From Eledone cirrhosa (taxonomy: Eukaryota), in contig OZ024742.1 in NCBI GenBank assembly GCA_964016885.1, positions 378,510,001 to 378,574,000 on the forward strand: 64,000 nucleotides of DNA, in the 5' to 3' direction. The position numbers and the translations under genes were made by a program. Of this stretch, positions 53,901-64,000 are shown piece after piece. The notes beneath the pieces were generated by a model. The model was not told the origin of the DNA. It worked only from the letters and a program-made list of their open reading frames with translations, and did not search any database. Every line of letters begins with the position of its first letter. The stretch's first letter is position 1.

Positions 53901-56900
53901 GGTCATTTGTAGCTCTATTGTAGCACTGAGCAGTGTATTGTATTAGTGTTGTGGTCATTTGTAGCTCTATTGTAGCACTGAGCAGTCTATTGTATTAATG
54001 TTGTGGTCATTTGTAGCTCTATTGTAGCACTGAGCAGTCTATTGTATTAATGTTGTGGTCATTTGTAGTCTATTGTAGCACTGAGCAGTCTATTGTATTA
54101 ATGTTGTGGTCATTTGTAGCTCTATTGTAGCACTGAGCAGTGTATTGTATTAGTGTTGTGGTCATTTGTAGCTCTATTGTAGCACTGAGCAGTCTATTAT
54201 ATTAATGTTGTGGTCAGTTGTATTCTTTTGTAGCCCTGAGCAGACTATTGTATTAATGTTGTGGTCATTTGTAGTCTATTGTAGCACTGAGCAGTCTATT
54301 GTATTAGTGTTGTGGTCATTTGTAGTCTATTGTAGCACTGAGCAGTCTATTGTATTAATGCTGTGGTCAGTTATATTCTATTGTAGCACTGAGCAGACTA
54401 TTGTATTAATGTTGTGGACATTTGTAGTCTATTGTAGCACTGAGCAGTCTATTTTATTAATGTTGTGGTGATTTGTAGCTCTATTGTAGCAATGAGCACT
54501 GTATTGTATTAATGTTGTGGTCATTTGTAGTCTATTGTAGCACTGAGCAGTCTATTGTATTAGTGTTGTGGTCATTTGTAGTCTATTGTAGCACTGAGCA
54601 GTCTATTGTATTAATGTTGTGGTCATTTGTAGTCTATTGTAGCACTGAGCAGTCTATTGTATTAGTGTTGTGGTCATTTGTAGTCTATTGTAGCACTGAG
54701 CAGTCTATTGTATTAATGCTGTGGTCAGTTATATTCTATTGTAGCACTGAGCAGAATATTGTATTAATGTTGTGGACATTTGTAGTCTATTGTAGCACTG
54801 AGCAGTCTATTTTATTAATGTTGTGGTCATTTGTAGCTCTATTGTAGCAATGAGCACTGTATTGTATTAATGTTGTGGTCATTTGTAGTCTATTGTAGCA
54901 CTGAGCAGTCTATTGTATTAATGTTGTGGTCATTTGTAGTCTATTGTAGCACTGAGCAGTCTATTGTATTAATGTTGTGGTCATTTGTAGCTCTATTGTA
55001 GCACTGAGCAGTCTATTTTATTAATGTTGTGGTCATTTGTAGTCTATTGTAGCACTGAGCAGTCTATTGTATTAATGTTGTGGTCATTTGTAGCTCTATT
55101 GTAGCACTGAGCAGTGTATTGTATTAGTGTTGTGGTCATTTGTAGCTCTATTGTAGCACTGAGCAGTCTATTATATAAATGTTGTGTTCATTTGTAGTCT
55201 ATTGTAGCACTGAGCAGTCTATTGTATTATTGTTGTGGTCATTTGTAGTCTATTGTAGCACTGAGCAGTCTATTTTATTAATGTTGTGGTCATTTGTAGT
55301 CTATTGTAGCACTGAGCAGTCTATTGTATTAATGTTGTGGTCATTTGTAGCTCTATTGTAGCACTGAGCAGTCTATTGTATTAATGTTGTGGTCAGTTGT
55401 ATTCTATTGTAGCCCTGAGCAGACTATTGTATTAATGTTGTGGTCATTTGTAGTCTATTGTAGCACTGAGCAGTCTATTGTATTAGTGTTGTGGTCATTT
55501 GTAGTCTATTGTAGCACTGAGCAGTCTATTGTATTAATGCTGTGGTCAGTTATATTCAATTGTAGCACTGAGCAGACTATTGTATTAATGTTGTGGACAT
55601 TTGTAGTCTATTGTAGCACTGAGCAGTCTATTGTATTAGTGTTGTGGTCATTTGTAGCTCTATAGTAGCACTGAGCAGTCTATTGTATTAATGTTGTGGT
55701 CATTTGTAGTCTATTGTACCACTGAGCTGTCTATTGTATTAATGTTGTGGTCATTTGTAGTCTATTGTACCACTGAGCTGTCTATTGTATTAATGTTGTG
55801 GTCATTTGTAGCTCTATAGTAGCACTGAGCAGTCTATTGTATTAATGTTGTGGTAATTTGTAGTCTATTGTAGCACTGAGCAGTGTATTGTATTAATATT
55901 GTGGTCATTTGTAGTCTATTGTAGCACTGAGCAGTCTATTGTATTAATGTTGTGGTCATTTGTAGTCTATTGTAGCACTGAGCAGTCTATTGTATTAATG
56001 TTGTGGTCATTTGTAGCTCTATTGTAGCACTGAGCAGTCTATTGTATTAATGTTGTGGTCATTTGAAGTCTATTGTAGCACTGAGCAGTCTATTGTATTA
56101 ATGTTGTGGTCATTTGTAGTCTATTGTAGCACTGAGCAGTCTGTTGTATTAATGTTGTGGTCATTTGTAGCTCTATTGTAGCACTGAGCAGTCTATTGTA
56201 TTAATGTTGTGGTCATTTGTAGTCTACTGTAGCACTGAGCAGTTTATTGTATTAATGTTGTGGTCATTTGTCGTCTATTGTAGCACTGAGCAGTCTATTG
56301 TATTAATGTTGTGGTAATTTGTAGTCTATTGTAGCACTGAGCAGTGTATTGTATTAATATTGTGGTCATTTGTAGCTCTATTGTAGCACTGAGCAGTCTA
56401 TTGTATTAATGTTGTGGTCATTTGTAGTCTATTGTAGCACTGAGCAGTCTATTGTATTAATGTTGTGGTCATTTGTAGCTCTATTTTAGCACTGAGCAGT
56501 CTATTGTATTAATGTTGTGGTCATTTGTAGTATATTGTAGCACTGAGCAGTCTATTGTATTAATGTTGTGGTCATTTGTAGCTCTATTGTAGCACTGAGC
56601 AGTGTATTGTATTAGTGTTGTGGTCATTTGTAGCTCTATTGTAGCACTGAGCAGTCTATTATATTAATGTTGTGGTCAGTTGTATTCTTTTGTAGCCCTG
56701 AGCAGACTATTGTATTAATGTTGTGGTCATTTGTAGTCTATTGTAGCACTGAGCAGTCTATTGTATTAGTGTTGTGGTCATTTGTAGTCTATTGTAGCAC
56801 TGAGCAGTCTATTGTATTAATGTTGTGGTCATTTGTAGTCTATTGTAGGACTGAGCAGTCTATTGTATTAGTGTTGTGGTCATTTGTAGTCTATTGTAGC

Positions 56901-59100
56901 ACTGAGCAGTCTATTGTATTAATGCTGTGGTCAGTTATATTCTATTGTAGCACTGAGCAGAATATTGTATTAATGTTGTGGACATTTGTAGTCTATTGTA
57001 GCACTGAGCAGTCTATTTTATTAATGTTGTGGTCATTTGTAGCTCTATTGTAGCAATGAGCACTGTATTGTATTAATGTTGTGGTCATTTGTAGTCTATT
57101 GTAGCACTGAGCAGTCTATTGTATTAATGTTGTGGTCATTTGTAGCTCTATTGTAGCACTGAGCAGTCTATTGTATTAATGTTGTGGTCATTTGTAGTCT
57201 ATTGTAGCACTGAGCAGTCTATTGTATTAATGTTGTGGTCATTTGTAGCTCTATTGTAGCACTGAGCAGTGTATTGTATTAGTGTTGTGGTCATTTGTAG
57301 CTCTATTGTAGCACTGAGCAGTCTATTATATAAAGGTTGTGTTCATTTGTAGTCTATTGTAGCACTGAGCAGTCTATTGTATTATTGTTGTGGTCATTTG
57401 TAGTCTATTGTAGCACTGAGCAGTCTATTTTATTAATGTTGTGGTCATTTGTAGTCTATTGTAGCACTGAGCAGTCTATTGTATTAATGTTGTGGTCATT
57501 TGTAGCTCTATTGTAGCACTGAGCAGTCTATTGTATTAATGTTGTGGTCAGTTGTATTCTATTGTAGCCCTGAGCAGACTATTGTATTAATGTTGTGGTC
57601 ATTTGTAGTCTATTGTAGCACTGAGCAGTCTATTGTATTAGTGTTGTGGTCATTTGTAGTCTATTGTAGCACTAAGCAGTCTATTGTATTAATGCTGTGG
57701 TCAGTTATATTCAATTGTAGCACTGAGCAGACTATTGTATTAATGTTGTGGACATTTGTAGTCTATTGTAGCACTGAGCAGTCTATTGTATTAGTGTTGT
57801 GGTCATTTGTAGCTCTATAGTAGCACTGAGCAGTCTATTGTATTAATGTTGTGGTCATTTGTAGTCTATTGTACCACTGAGCTGTCTATTGTATTAATGT
57901 TGTGGTCATTTGTAGTCTATTGTACCACTGAGCTGTCTATTGTATTAATGTTGTGGTCATTTGTAGCTCTATAGTAGCACTGAGCAGTCTATTGTATTAA
58001 TGTTGTGGTAATTTGTAGTCTATTGTAGCACTGAGCAGTGTATTGTATTAATATTGTGGTCATTTGTAGTCTATTGTAGCACTGAGCAGTCTATTGTATT
58101 AATGTTGTGGTCATTTGTAGTCTATTGTAGCACTGAGCAGTCTATTGTATTAATGTTGTGGTCATTTGTAGCTCTATTGTAGCACTGAGCAGTCTATTGT
58201 ATTAATGTTGTGGTCATTTGAAGTCTATTGTAGCACTGAGCAGTCTATTGTATTAATGTTGTGGTCATTTGTAGTCTATTGTAGCACTGAGCAGTCTGTT
58301 GTATTAATGTTGTGGTCATTTGTAGCTCTATTGTAGCACTGAGCAGTCTATTGTATTAATGTTGTGGTCATTTGTAGTCTACTGTAGCACTGAGCAGTTT
58401 ATTGTATTAATGTTGTGGTCATTTGTCGTCTATTGTAGCACTGAGCAGTCTATTGTATTAATGTTGTGGTAATTTGTAGTCTATTGTAGCACTGAGCAGT
58501 GTATTGTATTAATATTGTGGTCATTTGTAGCTCTATTGTAGCACTGAGCAGTCTATTGTATTAATGTTGTGGTCATTTGTAGTCTATTGTAGCACTGAGC
58601 AGTCTATTGTATTAATGTTGTGGTCATTTGTAGCTCTATTGTAGCACTGAGCAGTCTATTGTATTAATGTTGTGGTCATTTGTAGTCTATTGTAGCACTG
58701 AGCAGTCTATTGTATTAATGTTGTGGTCATTTGTAGCTCTATTGTAGCACTGAGCAGTGTATTGTATTAGTGTTGTGGTCATTTGTAGCTCTATTGTAGC
58801 ACTGAGCAGTCTATTATATTAATGTTGTGGTCAGTTGTATTCTTTTGTAGCCCTGAGCAGACTATTGTATTAATGTTGTGGTCATTTGTAGTCTATTGTA
58901 GCACTGAGCAGTCTATTGTATTAGTGTTGTGGTCATTTGTAGTCTATTGTAGCACTGAGCAGTCTATTGTATTAATGCTGTGGTCAGTTATATTCTATTG
59001 TAGCACTGAGCAGACTATTGTATTAATGTTGTGGACATTTGTAGTCTATTGTAGCACTGAGCAGTCTATTTTATTAATGTTGTGGTGATTTGTAGCTCTA
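47900..59100 (+). repeat. About five copies of a length-variable ~2.1-2.6-kb HOR (41-50 monomers)
   Basis: One landmark cassette starts at 48460, 50666, 52818, 55384 and 57539 (spacings 2206, 2152, 2566, 2155). A second landmark (TTCTTTTGTAGCCC) starts at 49743, 51846, 54205, 56667 and 58822. Confidence 0.9.
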
Positions 59101-62100
59101 TTGTAGCAATGAGCACTGTATTGTATTAATGTTGTGGTCATTTGTAGTCTATTGTAGCACTGAGCAGTCTATTGTATTAATGTTGTGGTCATTTGTAGTC
59201 TATTGTAGCACTGAGCAGTCTATTGTATTAATGTTGTGGTCATTTGTAGCTCTATTGTAGCACTGAGCAGTCTATTATATTAATGTTGTGGTCATTTGTA
59301 GTCTATTGTAGCACTGAGCAGTCTATTGTATTAATGTTGTGGTCATTTGTAGCTCTATTGTAGCACTGAGCAGTGTATTGTATTGGTGTTGTGGTCATTT
59401 GTAGCTCTATTGTAGCACTGAGCAGTCTATTATATTAATGTTGTGGTCATTTGTAGTCTATTGTATCACTGAGCAGTCTATTGTATTATTGTTGTGGTCA
59501 TTTGTAGTCTATTGTAGCACTGAGCAGTCTATTTTATTAATGTTGTGGTCATTTGTAGTCTATTGTAGCACTGAGCAGTCTATTGTATTAATGTTGTGGT
59601 CATTTGTAGCTCTATTGTAGCACTGAGCAGTCTATTGTATTAATGTTGTGGTCAGTTGTATTCTATTGTAGCCCTGAGCAGACTATTGTATTAATGTTGT
59701 GGTCATTTGTAGTCTATTGTAGCACTGAGCAGTCTATTGTATTAGTGTTGTGGTCATCTGTAGTCTATTGTAGCACTGAGCAGTCTATTGTATTAATGCT
59801 GTGGTCAGTTATATTCTATTGTAGCACTGAGCAGACTATTGTATTAATGTTGTGGACATTTGTAGTCTATTGTAGCACTGAGCAGTCTATTTTATTAATG
59901 TTGTGGTCATTTGTAGCTCTATTGTAGCAATGAGCATTGTATTGTATTAATGTTGTGGTCATTTGTCGTCTATTGTAGCACTGAGCAGTCTATTGTATTA
60001 ATGTTGTGGTCATTTGTAGCTCTATTGTAGCACTGAGCAGTCTATTGTATTAATGTTGTGGTCATTTGTAGTCTATTGTACCACTGAGCTGTCTATTGTA
60101 TTAATGTTGTGGTCATTTATAGTCTATTGTAGCACTGAGCAGTCTATTGTATTAATGTTGTGGTCATTTGTAGTCTATTGTAGCACTGAGCAGTCTATTG
60201 TATTAATGTTGTGGTCATTTGTAGTCTATTGTAGCACTGAGCAGTCTATTGTATTAATGTTGTCGTGATTTGTAGCTCTATTGTAGCACTGAGCAGTCTA
60301 TTGTATTAATGTTGTGGTCATTTGAAGTCTATTGTAGCACTGAGCAGTCTATTGTATTAATGTTGTGGTCATTTGTAGTCTATTGTAGCACTGAGCAGTC
60401 TGTTGTATTAATGTTGTGGTCATTTGTAGCTCTATTGTAGCACTGAGCAGTCTATTGTATTAATGTTGTGGTCATTTGTAGTCTATTGTAGCACTGAGCA
60501 GTCTGTTGTATTAATGTTGTGGTCATTTGTAGCTCTATTGTAGCACTGAGCAGTCTATTGTATTAATGTTGTGGTCATTTGTAGTCTATTGTAGCACTGA
60601 GCAGTCTGTTGTATTAATGTTGTGGTCATTTGTAGCTCTATTGTAGCACTGAGCAGTCTATTGTATTAATGTTGTGGTCATTTGTAGTCTATTGTAGCAC
60701 TGAGCAGTCTATTGTATTAATGTTGTGGTCATTTGTAGCTCTATTGTAGCACTGAGCCGTGTATTGTATTAGTGTTGTGGTCATTTGTAGCTCTATTGTA
60801 GCACTGAGCAGTCTATTGTATTAATGCTGTGGTCAGTTATATTCTATTGTAGCACTGAGCAGACTATTGTATTAATGTTGTGGACATTTGTAGTCTATTG
60901 TAGCACTGAGCAGTCTATTTTATTAATGTTGTGGTGATTTGTAGCTCTATTGTAGCAATGAGCACTGTATTGTATTAATGTTGTGGTCATTTGTAGTCTA
61001 TTGTAGCACTGAGCAGTCTATTGTATTAATGTTGTGGTCATTTGTAGTCTATTGTAGCACTGAGCAGTCTATTGTATTAATGTTGTGGTCATTTGTAGCT
61101 CTATTGTAGCACTGAGCAGTCTATTATATTAATGTTGTGGTCATTTGTAGTCTATTGTAGCACTGAGCAGTCTATTGTATTAATGTTGTGGTCATTTGTA
61201 GCTCTATTGTAGCACTGAGCAGTGTATTGTATTGGTGTTGTGGTCATTTGTAGCTCTATTGTAGCACTGAGCAGTCTATTATATTAATGTTGTGGTCATT
61301 TGTAGTCTATTGTAGCACTGAGCAGTCTATTGTATTATTGTTGTGGTCATTTGTAGTCTATTGTAGCACTGAGCAGTCTATTTTATTAAAGTTGTGGTCA
61401 TTTGTAGTCTATTGTAGCACTGAGCAGTCTATTGTATTAATGTTGTGGTCATTTGTAGCTCTATTGTAGCACTGAGCAGTCTATTGTATTAATGTTGTGG
61501 TCAGTTGTATTCTATTGTAGCCCTGAGCAGACTATTGTATTAATGTTGTGGTCATTTGTAGTCTATTGTAGCACTGAGCAGTCTATTGTATTAGTGTTGT
61601 AGTCATTTGTAGTCTATTGTAGCACTGAGCAGTCTATTGTATTAATGCTGTGGTCAGTTCTATTCTATTGTAGCACTGAGCAGACTATTGTATTAATGTT
61701 GTGGACATTTGTAGTCTATTGTAGCACTGAGCAGTCTATTTTATTAATGTTGTGGTCATTTGTAGCTCTATTGTAGCAATGAGCATTGTATTGTATTAAT
61801 GTTGTGGTCATTTGTCGTCTATTGTAGCACTGAGCAGTCTATTGTATTAATGTTGTGGTCATTTGTAGCTCTAGTGTAGCACTGAGCAGTCTATTGTATT
61901 AATGTTGTGGTCATTTGTAGTCTATTGTACCACTGAGCTGTCTATTGTATTAATGTTGTGGTCATTTGTAGTCTATTGTAGCACTGAGCAGTCTATTGTA
62001 TTAATATTGTGGTCATTTGTAGTCTATTGTAGCACTGAGCAGTCTATTGTATTAATGTTGTGGTCATTTGTAGTCTATTGTAGCACTGAGCAGTCTATTG

Positions 62101-64000
62101 TATTAATGTTGTCGTCATTTGTAGCTCTATTGTAGCACTGAGCAGTCTATTGTATTAATGTTGTGGTCATTTGAAGTCTATTGTAGCACTGAGCAGTCTA
62201 TTGTATTAATGTTGTGGTCATTTGTAGTCTATTGTAGCACTGAGCAGTCTGTTGTATTAATGTTGTGGTCATTTGTAGCTCTATTGTAGCACTGAGCAGT
62301 CTATTGTATTAATGTTGTGGTCATTTGTAGTCTATTGTAGCACTGAGCAGTCTGTTGTATTAATGTTGTGGTCATTTGTAGCTCTATTGTAGCACTGAGC
62401 AGTCTATTGTATTAATGTTGTGGTCATTTGTAGTCTATTGTAGCACTGAGCAGTCTGTTGTATTAATGTTGTGGTCATTTGTAGCTCTATTGTAGCACTG
62501 AGCAGTCTATTGTATTAATGTTGTGGTCATTTGTAGTCTATTGTAGCACTGAGCAGTCTATTGTATTAATGTTGTGGTCATTTGTAGCTCTATTGTAGCA
62601 CTGAGCCGTGTATTGTATTAGTGTTGTGGTCATTTGTAGCTCTATTGTAGCACTGAGCAGTCTATTGTATTAATGCTGTGGTCAGTTATATTCTATTGTA
62701 GCACTGAGCAGACTATTGTATTAATGTTGTGGACATTTGTAGTCTATTGTAGCACTGAGCAGTCTATTGTTTTAATGTTGTGGTGATTTGTAGCTCTATT
62801 GTAGCAATGAGCACTGTATTGTATTAATGTTGTGGTCATTTGTAGTCTATTGTAGCACTGAGCAGTCTATTGTATTAATGTTGTGGTCATTTGTAGTCTA
62901 TTGTAGCACTGAGCAGTCTATTGTATTAATGTTGTGGTCATTTGTAGCTCTATTGTAGCACTGAGCAGTCTATTATATTAATGTTGTGGTCATTTGTAGT
63001 CTATTGTAGCACTGAGCAGTCTATTGTATTAATGTTGTGGTCATTTGTAGCTCTATTGTAGCACTGAGCAGTGTATTGTATTGGTGTTGTGGTCATTTGT
63101 AGCTCTATTGTAGCACTGAGCAGTCTATTATATTAATGTTGTGGTCATTTGTAGTCTATTGTAGCACTGAGCAGTCTATTGTATTATTGTTGTGGTCATT
63201 TGTAGTCTATTGTAGCACTGAGCAGTCTATTTTATTAAAGTTGTGGTCATTTGTAGTCTATTGTAGCACTGAGCAGTCTATTGTATTAATGTTGTGGTCA
63301 TTTGTAGCTCTATTGTAGCACTGAGCAGTCTATTGTATTAATGTTGTGGTCAGTTGTATTCTATTGTAGCCCTGAGCAGACTATTGTATTAATGTTGTGG
63401 TCATTTGTAGTCTATTGTAGCACTGAGCAGTCTATTGTATTAGTGTTGTAGTCATTTGTAGTCTATTGTAGCACTGAGCAGTCTATTGTATTAATGCTGT
63501 GGTCAGTTATATTCTATTGTAGCACTGAGCAGACTATTGTATTAATGTTGTGGACATTTGTAGTCTATTGTAGCACTGAGCAGTCTATTTTATTAATGTT
63601 GTGGTCATTTGTAGCTCTATTGTAGCAATGAGCATTGTATTGTATTAATGTTGTGGTCATTTGTCGTCTATTGTAGCACTGAGCAGTCTATTGTATTAAT
63701 GTTGTGGTCATTTGTAGCTCTATTGTAGCACTGAGCAGTCTATTGTATTAATGTTGTGGTCATTTGTAGTCTATTGTACCACTGAGCTGTCTATTGTATT
63801 AATGTTGTGGTCATTTGTAGTCTATTGTAGCACTGAGCAGTCTATTGTATTAATATTGTGGTCATTTGTAGTCTATTGTAGCACTGAGCAGTCTATTGTA
63901 TTAATGTTGTGGTCATTTGTAGTCTATTGTAGCACTGAGCAGTCTATTGTATTAATGTTGTGGTCATTTGTAGCTCTATTGTAGCACTGAGCAGTCTATT
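58945..64000 (+). repeat. 1849-bp (36-mer) HOR, about 2.7 copies, truncated by the window end
   Basis: ORF-track starts 59438/61287/63136 and 60053/61902/63751 are spaced exactly 1849 bp. Confidence 0.93.

Larger units (their letters stand above)
1..64000 (+). repeat. Tandem satellite DNA array of 51/52-bp monomers, about 1,245 head-to-tail copies, continuing beyond both window edges
   Basis: The consensus GTCTATTGTAGCACTGAGCAGTCTATTGTATTAATGTTGTGGTCATTTGTA, with or without an extra C after the first G, recurs without interruption or inversion from base 1 to 64000. Most monomers carry about 0-4 substitutions. Confidence 0.99.

Noticed and set aside
190-63984. Dozens of plus-strand ORFs encoding a 17-aa repeat (MLWSFVVYCSTEQSIVL)n that resembles a hydrophobic repeat protein family
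   Set aside because: 51 bp is divisible by 3 and one frame lacks stops, so any run of 51-mers yields an ORF. ORFs end at the next 52-mer frameshift (FVALL*) or at a nonsense variant. Variants are largely non-synonymous, there are no unique N- or C-termini or gene context, and all three minus-strand frames contain stops in the consensus.
1-64000. CRISPR array or array of recombination/cassette sites
   Set aside because: There are no unique spacers or cassettes between repeats. The entire unit is repeated, and no cas, integrase or other gene is present.
1-64000. Programmed frameshift or phase-variable giant repeat gene controlled by the one-C indel
   Set aside because: Roughly 30-50% of monomers carry the frameshift. 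The C is not in a homopolymer or slippery tract, and nothing supports transcription or translation.
1-64000. Telomeric repeat or G-quadruplex array, suggested by the TG-rich strand
   Set aside because: There are no GGG runs, and the unit is long and heterogeneous with HORs, unlike telomerase products. A subtelomeric location cannot be excluded from sequence alone.

Overview
The whole 64-kb window is one uninterrupted, single-orientation tandem satellite array of about 1,245 monomers. The monomer is 51 bp (GTCTATTGTA GCACTGAGCA GTCTATTGTA TTAATGTTGT GGTCATTTGTA, ~35% GC, no CpG) or a 52-bp variant with one extra C (GTAGCTCTATTG instead of GTAGTCTATTG). I found no genes, RNA genes, transposons, CRISPR spacers or unique sequence. 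All listed ORFs are artefacts of one stop-free frame in the 51-bp monomer. The information lies in how monomer variants are ordered. They form nested higher-order repeats (HORs) and segmental duplications with periods of 103, 153, ~309, 616, 823, 927, 976, 1286, 1699, 1849, ~2.1-2.6 kb, 2417, 3655, 7754, ~10-11 kb and ~13.5 kb. Two variant subfamilies meet at ~33-35 kb. This looks like a eukaryotic (peri)centromeric or heterochromatic satellite; that is inference, and I cannot identify the organism or family. Periods come from exact offsets of diagnostic variants and of the ORF track. Block boundaries were read by eye and are approximate, to about one monomer.
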